NCBI GenBank assembly: GCA_034530615.2
Contig: JAVRCV020000083.1
Location: forward strand, 32,001 to 96,000
Source of the DNA: Aulosira sp. ZfuVER01
GTDB lineage: Bacteria; Cyanobacteriota; Cyanobacteriia; Cyanobacteriales; Nostocaceae
DNA length: 64,000 bases
Direction of reading: 5' to 3'
Below are positions 1 through 9,901 of the stretch, one piece after another. The first letter of the stretch is position 1; each line of letters begins with the position of its first letter. A program made the position numbers and the translations under genes. The notes under the pieces are model-generated. The model had not been told where the DNA came from, searched no databases, and worked only from the letters and a program-made list of their open reading frames with translations.

Positions 1-987
1 GCAGTGGAATTTGGGGCGCAGATTGTGATGACTGCGATCGCTCATCGCAAGCATATCATTATGATGAATGCCGAACTCGACGGCACAATTGGCCCGATCC
101 TCAAAGTCTATGCTGACAAAGCAGGCGTGATTCTCAGCGCTTGCGACGGCGATCAGCCAGGGGTAGAAATGAACCTCTACCGATTTGTCAAAAGCATTGG
201 TCTGACTCCGTTGTTGTGCGGTAACATTAAAGGACTTCAAGACCCTTATCGCAATCCCACCACCCAAGAAGCATTTGCCAAGCGTTGGGGTCAGAAAGCC
301 CACATGGTAACTAGCTTTGCCGATGGTAGTAAAATTTCCTTTGAACAGGCGATCGTTGCTAACGCCACAGGGATGAAAGTTGCGAAACGGGGAATGCTGG
401 GATATGACTTCAACGGTCATGTGGATGAGATGACCAATATGTATGACGTTGAACAGCTTAAGGAACTAGGCGGTATTGTCGATTATGTAGTAGGCGCAAA
501 ACCAGGCCCAGGAGTATTTGTCTTTGCAACTCACGAAGACCCCAAACAACGCCATTATCTCAACCTCTACAAACTCGGTGAAGGCCCGCTTTACAGCTTC
601 TATACCCCCTATCACCTCTGCCATTTTGAAGTTCCCCTTTCTGTAGCCCGTGCTGTCCTCTTCCAAGATGCAGTGATGTCGCCCCTAGCAGGCCCGGTAG
701 TAGATGTAGTTACCACCGCCAAAATTGACTTAAAAGCTGGCGAAACCCTAGATGGTATCGGCTACTACATGACCTACGGACAATGCGAAAATTCTGCGAT
801 CGCGCAACAGCAAAACCTGCTACCGATGGGATTAGCTGAAGGATGTCGCCTCAAACGCGATATTCCCAAAGATCAAGTCCTCACCTACGATGATGTCGAA
901 TTACCCCCTGGTAGACTTTGCGACCAGCTACGAGCCGAACAAAACGCTTATTTCGCCACAGAAAAAACCCTCGTAGCTGTTGGATAA
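1..987 (+). CDS. NAD(P)-dependent oxidoreductase, homoserine-dehydrogenase-like, with C-terminal SAF domain (5'-truncated by the window edge); HEP-island gene
   Basis: Motifs NAELDGTIGP, DGDQPG, SFADGSK and a SAF-like C-terminus (AKIDLKAGETLDGIG...LPMGLAEGCRLKRDIPKDQVLTYDDV). It lies upstream of GT/wzc/hepC, as I recall for the Anabaena HEP island. Confidence 0.8.
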   Translation, partial: AVEFGAQIVMTAIAHRKHIIMMNAELDGTIGPILKVYADKAGVILSACDGDQPGVEMNLYRFVKSIGLTPLLCGNIKGLQDPYRNPTTQEAFAKRWGQKAHMVTSFADGSKISFEQAIVANATGMKVAKRGMLGYDFNGHVDEMTNMYDVEQLKELGGIVDYVVGAKPGPGVFVFATHEDPKQRHYLNLYKLGEGPLYSFYTPYHLCHFEVPLSVARAVLFQDAVMSPLAGPVVDVVTTAKIDLKAGETLDGIGYYMTYGQCENSAIAQQQNLLPMGLAEGCRLKRDIPKDQVLTYDDVELPPGRLCDQLRAEQNAYFATEKTLVAVG

Positions 988-1157
988 AACCTCCAATTCA
1001 TAAGCAAAAACCGTATCTTTCTCTGTGTCTTTGTGCCTCTGTGGTTCAAAAAGAAATTGTTCGCCACAAAGACACTAAGAGGTTGTTTTGAAAGTGCTTG
1101 GATGTGATTTTAGGTACTTATTGATCCCCCCTACCCCCCTTAAAAAGGGGGAAATTA

Positions 1158-1243
1158 TACCAATTCAAAATTCAAAATTAAGAATCCAGACAGGACAATG
1201 GTTTGGGGCTGTGTATCTATCACATTCTTTTTTCAAATTGGTA
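1158..1243. mobile_element. Small MITE, TACCAATT...AATTGGTA ends, TTA duplication
   Basis: TTA at 1155-1157 and 1244-1246. A closely similar reverse-orientation copy starts at 18646. Confidence 0.75.
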
Positions 1244-1269
1244 TTAGAATCAAAGTCCCCCTTAAAAAG

Positions 1270-1442
1270 CAGGGCCGTTTCATTCCCTAAAAGGCCTGAA
1301 AATGCAAGGGTTCAGGAGATAAAAAATAAGCTTGGCATTCAATATTAGGCATCAAAATGGTCATCGATTTATGACTTTTGCCCTGATATTTATCGCCAAT
1401 CGTATTGACAAAATACATACCATTACGAATGAAACGGCCCTG
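1270..1442. mobile_element. 173-bp MITE with perfect 16-bp terminal inverted repeats and an 11-bp target duplication
   Basis: Ends CAGGGCCGTTTCATTC / GAATGAAACGGCCCTG. CCCTTAAAAAG is duplicated at 1259-1269 and 1443-1453. Confidence 0.9.
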
Positions 1443-1598
1443 CCCTTAAAAAGGGGGATTTAGGGGGATCTAAAAGTATTTGATACATCACTAATGACTT
1501 TTAAAACATCCTCTAAGCACAAAGGTTTATGAACACTAAAGTTTTTGACAGTAACTTGCTGGGAAGTATTCAACCAAACTTTAGAAGAAATAAAAATT

Positions 1599-2714
1599 AT
1601 GAAAATTGCGCTAGTCCATGATTACTTAACCCAGCGCGGTGGGGCAGAGCGCGTGTTTGAGTTGCTTTGTAAGCGCTATCCCGAAGCTGATATTTACACT
1701 TCTTTGTACGATCGCCAAAAAACAATTGATTTAAGCGATCGGATAGTTAATACAACTTTCTTACAGAAGATTCCCGGTGCAGTCAGATATTTTCGCTCGA
1801 TCGCTCCCTTATACTTTCCCGCTTTTCGGGCTTTGAATTTACAAAGCTACGATCTGATCGTTAGTAGTAGCACTAGCTTTGCTAAAGCAGTCAGAAAAAA
1901 TCCAAATGCGCTGCACATTTGCTTTTGCCATAATGTCACCCGTTTTTTGTGGGATACAGAAACTTATTTACGAGAATACGGAGATTATCGATATTTTGCA
2001 CCATTAATTGAGAGAGTATTCCAATTAATGAGAAAGGTAGACCTAGAATACGCACAAGAACCAGACCTTTATATTGCTAATTCCAGCATTGTAGCTCGCC
2101 GCATTCAAGATATTTACAACAAAAAAGCAATTGTTGTCAACTATCCAATTGATACCAGTAACTTTATTTTTTCTGATAGCAAAGACGAATATTATTTGGC
2201 ATCAGCGAGGATGATCAGTTATAAGCGTTTGGATATAATAATTGAAGCTTTTAATTGGCTAGGGTGGCGATTATTAATTTCCGGTGATGGGCCAGAACAA
2301 GAACGCTTAAAATCCAAAGCTTTAGCTAATATAGAATTCTTAGGTCATGTAAGCGATCGCCAACGTAAAGACTTGTTTTCTAAAGCGAAGTCGATCATTG
2401 TTGCAGCTTTAGAAGATTACGGCTTAGTTCCAGTAGAAGCTAATGCTAGCGGTACTCCAGTTATTGCTTATGGAGCAGGTGGTGTATTAGATACTCAAGT
2501 CCCTAGAGAGACAGGGGTATTTTTTAAAAGACAAACACCCGAATCCTTACAATCTGCATTATTAGAAGCTGGGCAAATAACTTGGGATTATCAAAATATC
2601 CGTAATCATGCAGTGACAAATTTTTCCGAAACCGCATTCTTTAGTAAAGTCGAACAGATTATTGACCAAGCTTGGAGAATGCATCAATCCAGTGATTTAT
2701 TAGCAGAAGGATAA
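1599..2714 (+). CDS. Glycosyltransferase family 4 (mannosyltransferase-like)
   Basis: MKIALVHDYLTQRGGAERV N-terminus and the EDYGLVPVEANASGTPVIA GT-B motif. Start moved to ATG 1599. Confidence 0.9.
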   Translation: MKIALVHDYLTQRGGAERVFELLCKRYPEADIYTSLYDRQKTIDLSDRIVNTTFLQKIPGAVRYFRSIAPLYFPAFRALNLQSYDLIVSSSTSFAKAVRKNPNALHICFCHNVTRFLWDTETYLREYGDYRYFAPLIERVFQLMRKVDLEYAQEPDLYIANSSIVARRIQDIYNKKAIVVNYPIDTSNFIFSDSKDEYYLASARMISYKRLDIIIEAFNWLGWRLLISGDGPEQERLKSKALANIEFLGHVSDRQRKDLFSKAKSIIVAALEDYGLVPVEANASGTPVIAYGAGGVLDTQVPRETGVFFKRQTPESLQSALLEAGQITWDYQNIRNHAVTNFSETAFFSKVEQIIDQAWRMHQSSDLLAEG

Positions 2715-2719
2715 TAAAC

Positions 2720-4945
2720 GTGGTTCAAGCTAGTCTCAATCCTAGTCCCAATCTCGCCTCCGAAAATGAAGTGGGTTACGGACAGATGTTTGCCGTACTT
2801 GTACGCAGATTTCCTTGGTTTTTACTTATATTTTTGACTTCAGTTACTTTTGCAGGTTTTATCACTACAAAAACCAAGCCGACCTACAAAAGTTCGATGC
2901 AGTTGTTAGTAGAACCAAATTATCAAGTTAAACCAGGAACAGGAGCAACAGAAAATCAATTTACCGAACCTAGCATTGAAATAGACACAGCGACTCAGCT
3001 GAATGTGATGCAGAGTTCTGGATTGATTCAAAAAGCAGTTGATAAATTGCAAAAAGACTATCCAGATATCACTGTAGCTGAGATTAAAAGTTCTTTAGTC
3101 TTAAATCAAATTAAGACTAAAGAAGATAATGTGTTGACTAAAATTTTCCAAGTTGAATATACCAGCCAAGATCCAGAAAAAACGCAAAAAGTTTTGGCTG
3201 CCATTCGCCAAGTCTATGTGGAATATAACAAACAGCAGCAGGATTCACGTTTACAAAAAGGTCTGCAAGTTATCAGAGATCAGTTAAAGAAAGCCAGTGA
3301 TGAAGTAAATGCTTCAGAAACTAATCTGCAAAGGTTTCGCAGAAATCAAAATTTAATCGATCCGGAAACACAAGCAAAAGCACTAGAAGACAATTTAAAC
3401 AAACTTCAAGAAGAACGACGTACTACTCGTTCTCAATACGAAGAAGCGTTAGCTCGTCAACGATCTTTAGAAGAACAACTGAACCGTTCTCCACAAAATG
3501 CCCTCGTTTCTTCTCGCTTGAGCCAATCTACTCGCTATCAAGGGTTACTCAACGAAATTCAAAAAACCGAGCTAGCTTTATCCCAGGAACGTTTGCGCTT
3601 TACAGATGAAACTCCTAACGTCCAAAAGTTAAAAGAACAACTTCAGGGACAGAAGGAATTATTACAACAAGAAGTCAGCAGAACTTTAGGTGGTTTACCT
3701 GCTGGTGCAGTTGCAGGAGAAAATCTCCTAGAACAAGGACAACTGGGAGCAATTGATCTCAATCTTGCTAGTCAGCTAGTGGAAACACAGACAAGTATAG
3801 TTGCATTAGCTGCTCGCGATCAAACTTTAGCTCAAAAAGAGAACGACTTACGCTTTCAACTCAAACGCTTCCCGCCGCTTTTGGCTTATTACAATCGCAT
3901 ACTACCGCAGTTGCAATTTAGCCGTGAGAGGTTAGAACAGCTTTTAAGAGCAGAACAGCAGTTGCGCCAAGAACTTTCCAAAGGCGGATTTAACTGGGAA
4001 GTTGTGGAAGAGCCGCAAAAAGGTATGCAAATGGGCCCCAATCTCCAGCAAAATCTGTTGTTGGGTGCAGTAGTTGGGTTAATGTTGGGAGGTATTGCTG
4101 CGTTTATGCGAGAAGCATCTGATGATGCTGTTCATACCACCGCAGAATTGGAAAAACATCTTGCCCTACCAGTGTTGGGAATCACTCCCAAATTACCTGC
4201 TGCTAAACCCAGAGAATCAACGATCAAGTTGCCTTTTGGTAAGCCTGAAGTTCTTGCACCGTGGACAGTTGAAGTACTGCAATCCTCTCTACGTTGGGAA
4301 TCGCTAGATCTGATTTATAAAAATATCGAGCTGCTCAATTCTGTTGCCAATTTGAAATCTTTGATGATCACCTCGGCTTTACCTGATGAGGGTAAGTCAG
4401 CTTTGGCATTAGGTTTAGCAATGAGTGCTGCTCGCTTGCACAAAAAGGTACTACTAATTGATGCCAATTTACGCGATCCCAGCCTGCACAATCAGCTAAA
4501 TCTTCCTAACGATCAAGGACTTTCAACTCTACTAACCAATGAAGGTACTCTACCTAATCAAATCAGCATTCAATACTCAGGCTCGTCCTACATCGATATT
4601 TTAACCGCCGGGCCAATACCAACTGATGCGGCTAATCTCTTAAGTTCTCCCCGGATGATGCAATTGATGGCAACATTTGAGGAGAATTACGATCTGGTAC
4701 TCGTAGACGCTTCTCCAGTTCTGGGTTTGGTGGATGCCATGCTAACAGCTTCATGTTGCCGTAGTGTAGTAATGGCAGCCAGCATTGGTAGGGTAACTCG
4801 CAGCCAAATGGCTCAAGCTACAGCTATGTTGAGCAAGTTAAACCTGATTGGGGTTGTAGCTAATGGGGTATCAAGCTCTCAGAGCACCTATGTACCCTAT
4901 GCAAAGCCACAAACCTTTGCATTACAACAGGCTGTAGAAAAATAA
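2720..4945 (+). CDS. GumC/Wzc-family polysaccharide co-polymerase / BY-kinase
   Basis: Two TM segments flank a coiled coil. Walker A ITSALPDEGKS, LLIDANLRDP and DLVLVDASP motifs are present. Confidence 0.9.
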   Translation: MVQASLNPSPNLASENEVGYGQMFAVLVRRFPWFLLIFLTSVTFAGFITTKTKPTYKSSMQLLVEPNYQVKPGTGATENQFTEPSIEIDTATQLNVMQSSGLIQKAVDKLQKDYPDITVAEIKSSLVLNQIKTKEDNVLTKIFQVEYTSQDPEKTQKVLAAIRQVYVEYNKQQQDSRLQKGLQVIRDQLKKASDEVNASETNLQRFRRNQNLIDPETQAKALEDNLNKLQEERRTTRSQYEEALARQRSLEEQLNRSPQNALVSSRLSQSTRYQGLLNEIQKTELALSQERLRFTDETPNVQKLKEQLQGQKELLQQEVSRTLGGLPAGAVAGENLLEQGQLGAIDLNLASQLVETQTSIVALAARDQTLAQKENDLRFQLKRFPPLLAYYNRILPQLQFSRERLEQLLRAEQQLRQELSKGGFNWEVVEEPQKGMQMGPNLQQNLLLGAVVGLMLGGIAAFMREASDDAVHTTAELEKHLALPVLGITPKLPAAKPRESTIKLPFGKPEVLAPWTVEVLQSSLRWESLDLIYKNIELLNSVANLKSLMITSALPDEGKSALALGLAMSAARLHKKVLLIDANLRDPSLHNQLNLPNDQGLSTLLTNEGTLPNQISIQYSGSSYIDILTAGPIPTDAANLLSSPRMMQLMATFEENYDLVLVDASPVLGLVDAMLTASCCRSVVMAASIGRVTRSQMAQATAMLSKLNLIGVVANGVSSSQSTYVPYAKPQTFALQQAVEK

Positions 4946-4953
4946 AGAAATTA

Positions 4954-4979
4954 GTGGTGAGGACTTAAGTCCTCACTAC
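4954..4979. repeat. Short palindrome after wzc (possible terminator or processing hairpin)
   Basis: gtggtgaggact-ta-agtcctcactac. Confidence 0.5.
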
Positions 4980-5075
4980 AAGAGTTTTGTGTGCGATCGC
5001 TTCAGTAGTTTATCAATTTAGATTAACGCTTTTGCCATCAGGTCAAGAATCTACTTCTCTACATATTTCAAGACT

Positions 5076-5816
5076 ATGACTATTTCCATAATTCCAACTC
5101 TACAAAATCACTACACCCTCATTGAGCAACACCAAGATCGTTGCTCTCTATACTGCACTCTATTATGGCGGCGAGGTCAGTTGTTGGTGAAGTCTCCTGG
5201 CAAAATCAAACAGCCATATCTGCCTTCTGTATATAACGAACAATTGTTAGTAGAGTGCTTAAAGCATTCTCCAATCAAATTGGTGAGCATAGATTCAAAG
5301 CTGGGTGAGACTTGGCTTTTATTGTGGGCTGAAGCCTGCAAAAAAGCTAATAAGCCAATCTTTCTCCGCCTACCCTCTGGGAATCAACGGTTAAAACAAG
5401 GTAATTCTTTTAGTAAGCAGTTGCAGCGAGTAATTGATTGGATTGTGGCTTTAATGTTGCTACTCTTTGCCAGTCCGGTTATGCTGGGACTGATTTTGCT
5501 AATGCAAGTTTACTCACCAGGGTCAGTTTTCTCCTATGAATGGCGGGTTGGAGAGCGCGGTAAGCTGTTTCAAGCAATTAAGTTTTGCACAACGCAGGGG
5601 CACAACATTACACCTCTGGGGCATTGGATGGTTAAGCATAATCTGCAAAATTTGCCACAGTTATTCAATGTATTGCAAGGTGACAGGGGTTTAATACAAT
5701 CGCATTATTGGACTTTGGCAGATGTGGCGTGTTTAACTTCAGAGAACGACCCCTCAGCATCACAAATGATGGATTCATGGCAGGTAAAAGCTACATTCAA
5801 GCCGGCTGAATCTTAG
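5076..5816 (+). CDS. hepC: Heterocyst envelope polysaccharide protein HepC (degenerate sugar transferase)
   Basis: N-terminal LLWRRGQLLV...WAEACKKANKPIFLRLP domain plus a partial bacterial sugar-transferase domain (RVIDWIVA...RVGERGKLF...LPQLFNVLQGD). Located between wzc and hepA. Confidence 0.85.
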   Translation: MTISIIPTLQNHYTLIEQHQDRCSLYCTLLWRRGQLLVKSPGKIKQPYLPSVYNEQLLVECLKHSPIKLVSIDSKLGETWLLLWAEACKKANKPIFLRLPSGNQRLKQGNSFSKQLQRVIDWIVALMLLLFASPVMLGLILLMQVYSPGSVFSYEWRVGERGKLFQAIKFCTTQGHNITPLGHWMVKHNLQNLPQLFNVLQGDRGLIQSHYWTLADVACLTSENDPSASQMMDSWQVKATFKPAES

Positions 5817-5952
5817 AAAAGAAGGCAGAGGGCAGAGGGCAGAAGGAAGGAAACAGTTTTTATACTTCGTTGCGCTGACTCTGCTTATGGAATTTTCTTG
5901 CTTTTGTTTCGTACAGAGGCGTAAAAAACGTAGTTAATTTAACGATCGCAAT

Positions 5953-6897
5953 ATGGATACAGCTATTTGTACTGTTTTTGAAAAAGACTACCACTATGGT
6001 GTGGGAGTTTTGGCAAATTCTCTATATCATCACGGTTTTCGCGGTGTGTTTTGGGCAGGATATCGTGGGGATTTACCACCTTGGGCTAAGTCTGTGAAAG
6101 AAGGTAAGGGTTATCAAGAGTTTTCTATAGCTGAGGGTTGTGCAATTCGGTTTGTGAAGCTAGATACCCGCAAGCATTTAGGTTTTTACAAGCCTGATTT
6201 TATGTCCCTACTATGGGAAAGTTATTGCCCAGATGTGGATGCGCTATTTTATTTTGACCCGGATATTGTCAATAAATGTAGCTGGAATTTTTACGAGAAG
6301 TGGGTGAGTCGGGGAATTGCGCTGTGTGGGGACTTGTGGTTTCAGGTGCCGGCTAATCATCCTCGACGCTTGGGTTGGAAGGAATTTGCAGAGAGTCATG
6401 GCTTAGTTTGCGATCGCCAATTAGATTACCACTTTAATAGTGGCTTTATTGGTGTGAACAAAAGCTGTAAATCTATCCTTACACTTTGGCAGCAACTTAT
6501 AGAACTGGGTGAGACGGCTGGATACTCAGATTACGACGATCTGTATGCCCAAAACACTTTTCATGATTATCCCTATCTTTATGGCGATCAGACTTACCTC
6601 AACTTAGCGCTCATGGTGTCTACTGATCCTCTGAGTACTGTCGGGCCTGATGGTATGGATTTTGTTCCTGGTGGCACGATTATGTCTCATGCCACAGTAC
6701 CAAGCGTTAAGCCTTGGCGCAAGAACCTAATTATGAGCGCTCTTGAAGGTTGCCGTCCTACTATTACAGATAAATTGTTTTGGCGGCACAGTCAAACACC
6801 AATTCAACTGTATTCTTCAGCGAAAGTTTTACAACAACAATTTGCCATCCTTTGTGGATCTGCTATTGGTCGCTTTATCTATCGCCATCCAATTTAA
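5953..6897 (+). CDS. GT8-like glycosyltransferase (putative)
   Basis: DxD motif (YFDPDI), FNSGF, GDQTYLN and H...KPW, in the order typical of GT8. Confidence 0.6.
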   Translation: MDTAICTVFEKDYHYGVGVLANSLYHHGFRGVFWAGYRGDLPPWAKSVKEGKGYQEFSIAEGCAIRFVKLDTRKHLGFYKPDFMSLLWESYCPDVDALFYFDPDIVNKCSWNFYEKWVSRGIALCGDLWFQVPANHPRRLGWKEFAESHGLVCDRQLDYHFNSGFIGVNKSCKSILTLWQQLIELGETAGYSDYDDLYAQNTFHDYPYLYGDQTYLNLALMVSTDPLSTVGPDGMDFVPGGTIMSHATVPSVKPWRKNLIMSALEGCRPTITDKLFWRHSQTPIQLYSSAKVLQQQFAILCGSAIGRFIYRHPI

Positions 6898-6960
6898 AAC
6901 ACTTTTTCAGTGTAATTTGATTGGACGCTGTTTTATTGAAAGACTCTTGTAACCGATTTT

Positions 6961-8799
6961 ATGTATTTCAAGCTCACTCGAACAATTCAGAGATTTCTAC
7001 AAGCTAGTAGTTTCTGGCAAAATAACTACTTAATATTACGAGAGTTTAGCAAGTTTCCTCGGGTTGCAGCTTTAGCGATAGTTTTATCGCTTTGCGCTGT
7101 TACCTTTGAGGGATTTGGACTAGGTTTTTTATTGGCATTTCTCCAAAGTTTAACCACCCCTGATTCTGAACCAATCAAAACTGGAATTGAATGGTTTGAT
7201 CTCATTATTTTAGGAATTAATCGTTCGGCTAATGAGAGATTATTCCGCGTATCTACATTAATTGTCATTATAACTTGTATACGTGCTGCGTTTAATTACT
7301 TAGCGCAAATTTGTATTCAGTTTAGCGAAATTAACTTAGTAGATAATCTCCGCAAGGAAATATTTGAACAATTACAGGCTCAGAGTCTCCAATATTTCGC
7401 CAAAAAGAACTCCGGCGAACTAATTAATAGCCTCACTAGTGAGATGGAGAGGATTAGACAAATTTTTGGCGGCATAGCTTTTGTAATTACCAGAACTTTA
7501 ACAATCGCCGTCTACTCCCTATCATTATTTGTCCTCTCTTGGCAGCTTTCCATAATTTCAATTTTACTGTTTAGTCTATTAGCTGTCGGACTCACAACTC
7601 TCAATAAATATATTCGCGAGCGGAGTTTTGCCGTTACCAAAGCCAACGATAAGTTTACTTCTAGGGCGCTAGAATTTATTGATGGTATCCGCACAATTCA
7701 TGCATCCTCTACTTTAGATTTTGAAAGACAACGGTATTATCAAGCGAGTCACAATGTAGTTAATGCTTGGAAAAATGTTTATTGGCTGTCTTTAATAGTC
7801 AGACCAATTGCTGAGAGCATTTCCACAGTAATTCTCGTAGCGATGATTATTGTGGCACTAACAACTGGCTTAATGAAGATTGCCTCATTGTTAACATTTT
7901 TCTTTGTTCTGTTTCGTTTGGTACCGATGATTCAAGATTTAAATGGAGTCATCGCCTTTTTAAGTACTCAAGCAGGTGCGGTAGAAAATATCAAACAGTT
8001 GTTACAAACTAAGGATAAAAATTACTTCCACAATGGCAAAATAAAATTCCCTGGTTTAAAACAAGGAATTGATATAGTATCTGTAGATTTTGGCTATGAA
8101 CCTGGCCGTTTAGTGCTACAGAATATTACCCTAAGTATTGAGCAGGGAAACACGATCGCTCTAGTCGGGGAAACTGGTGGCGGTAAAAGTACACTTGCTG
8201 ATTTGATTCCGAGATTTCACGATCCTGTGGAAGGTCACATTCTCATAGATGGAGTTGATTTGCGCCAATTTGAAATCGATTCACTCAGGCGCAAAATGGC
8301 TGTAGTCAGTCAGAAAACATTTATTTTCAACACCTCGATTCGGAACAATATTGCTTACGGTACTCCTGAAGCCACGGAAGCCGATATTTACGAAGCCGCC
8401 CGCCAAGCAAATGCACTAGAATTTATCGAAAAATTGCCTGGGGGTTTTAACACCATATTGGGTGCTGACGGGATTCAGCTATCTGGCGGACAACAACAGC
8501 GAATTGCGATCGCCCGTGCTTTAGTGCGTAAACCAGAAATTTTGATTTTAGATGAAGCCACCAGTGCTTTAGATGCAATTACACAGCAGTCAATTCAAGA
8601 TGTTTTAGAACATTTTGCTATAGGGCGAACAGTAATTGTGATTGCTCACCGTCTTTCTACCATTGCTCAAGCCGATAAAGTCGTAGTAATTGAAAAAGGG
8701 CGAATAGTAGAACAAGGTAAATATCAAGAATTACTCGCTCGTCAAGGTAAGTTGTGGAAATATCACCAGACACAGTATCAAATTGGTCAAGCAGAGTAG
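6961..8799 (+). CDS. hepA: Heterocyst ABC transporter HepA (fused TMD + NBD)
   Basis: SFWQNNYLILRE HepA-like N-terminus, Walker A GETGGGKS, signature LSGGQQQR, Walker B ILILDE, and HEP-island context. Confidence 0.85.
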   Translation: MYFKLTRTIQRFLQASSFWQNNYLILREFSKFPRVAALAIVLSLCAVTFEGFGLGFLLAFLQSLTTPDSEPIKTGIEWFDLIILGINRSANERLFRVSTLIVIITCIRAAFNYLAQICIQFSEINLVDNLRKEIFEQLQAQSLQYFAKKNSGELINSLTSEMERIRQIFGGIAFVITRTLTIAVYSLSLFVLSWQLSIISILLFSLLAVGLTTLNKYIRERSFAVTKANDKFTSRALEFIDGIRTIHASSTLDFERQRYYQASHNVVNAWKNVYWLSLIVRPIAESISTVILVAMIIVALTTGLMKIASLLTFFFVLFRLVPMIQDLNGVIAFLSTQAGAVENIKQLLQTKDKNYFHNGKIKFPGLKQGIDIVSVDFGYEPGRLVLQNITLSIEQGNTIALVGETGGGKSTLADLIPRFHDPVEGHILIDGVDLRQFEIDSLRRKMAVVSQKTFIFNTSIRNNIAYGTPEATEADIYEAARQANALEFIEKLPGGFNTILGADGIQLSGGQQQRIAIARALVRKPEILILDEATSALDAITQQSIQDVLEHFAIGRTVIVIAHRLSTIAQADKVVVIEKGRIVEQGKYQELLARQGKLWKYHQTQYQIGQAE

Positions 8800-8836
8800 G
8801 AACTGAAATTGTATTTTGTAACTATCAGAAATAATC

Positions 8837-9841
8837 ATGAATAACCAAATCCCAAAAATTGTTGTAATTACGCCTGTTAAAAATGAAGCTTGGATTTTAG
8901 AACGCTTTTTATCTGTAACCAGTCAATTTGCTGACCACATAATCATTGCCAATCAAAATTCCACCGATGACACCATATCTATTTGTAAAAAATATCCCAA
9001 GGCCATCCTGATTGAAAACAAATCAGAAAAATATAGCGAAGCCGATCGCCAGTTGTTGTTAATTCAGACAGCACGAGAGTTAATTCAAGAGCAGAAAATT
9101 ATTTTAGCTTTAGATGCTGATGAAATCCTCGCTGCTAATGCCATCAAAACTCCAAGCTGGCAAACAATGCTCAACGCCAAGCCAGGAACGGTAATCTTTT
9201 TTGAAAAGCCAGATTTATACTTAACAACCAAACAATGTATTAGAAGTGGCATTCTCACACCTTTAGGCTATGTCGATGACGGAGCCGAACATCAGCCACA
9301 ACTAATTCATAGTGTAAGAATACCCATGCCTGAATATGCTACGAGGCTACATATTCATGATATTAAAGTTCTGCACTATGCTTTGGCTCGCATGGATGCA
9401 CAAGCTTCAAAAGTTCGTTTGTATGGTGTCATCGAGAATATCTTAGGAATTAGTAACGCTATTAGTAGACGTTATCGTTATTCTGCTAGTCAAGATTACT
9501 TAAAGTTAGGCAAACTAGAAACTACTCCAGATGAGTGGTATATAGGTTGGGAAGAAATGGGAATTGATATGCACGCAATTAACAAACAAAAATATTACTC
9601 TTACGATTTTGAAATGCTCCAATATTTCCATAAGTATGGGCTGCGGCGCTTTTGGAGAGAAGATATTTGGCGATTTGATTGGGAAGCTTGCCGTCAATAT
9701 GCTAAGTCATTGGGCATGAGTAATATACCCGATTATCCAATTACTAAACCACCTAAGTTTCTCGGGTTTTTCTTAGACATTATCGCTAAATTGTATAAAA
9801 ATTTAACCTCGTGGTTAAGATACGTGAGTAATTTGCTGTAA
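8837..9841 (+). CDS. Glycosyltransferase family 2
   Basis: VVITPVKNEA, NQNSTDDT and LALDADE motifs. Confidence 0.85.
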   Translation: MNNQIPKIVVITPVKNEAWILERFLSVTSQFADHIIIANQNSTDDTISICKKYPKAILIENKSEKYSEADRQLLLIQTARELIQEQKIILALDADEILAANAIKTPSWQTMLNAKPGTVIFFEKPDLYLTTKQCIRSGILTPLGYVDDGAEHQPQLIHSVRIPMPEYATRLHIHDIKVLHYALARMDAQASKVRLYGVIENILGISNAISRRYRYSASQDYLKLGKLETTPDEWYIGWEEMGIDMHAINKQKYYSYDFEMLQYFHKYGLRRFWREDIWRFDWEACRQYAKSLGMSNIPDYPITKPPKFLGFFLDIIAKLYKNLTSWLRYVSNLL

Positions 9842-9901
9842 AAATTTTGGCAGTACTCACACAAAACTTTAAACATCGTCAAAATTAGTGTTTTGTGGAG
9901 A

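Larger units (their letters stand above)
1079..1513. mobile_element. MITE with GAGG...CCTC ends and TAA duplication (IS5/IS1031-like ends), carrying two nested elements
   Basis: Left end gaggttgttttgaaagt and right end acttttaaaacatcctc form an inverted repeat with 2 mismatches. TAA occurs at 1076-1078 and 1514-1516. Confidence 0.75.

Noticed and set aside
1088..1348. 86-aa ORF
   Set aside because: It is translated nested MITE sequence.
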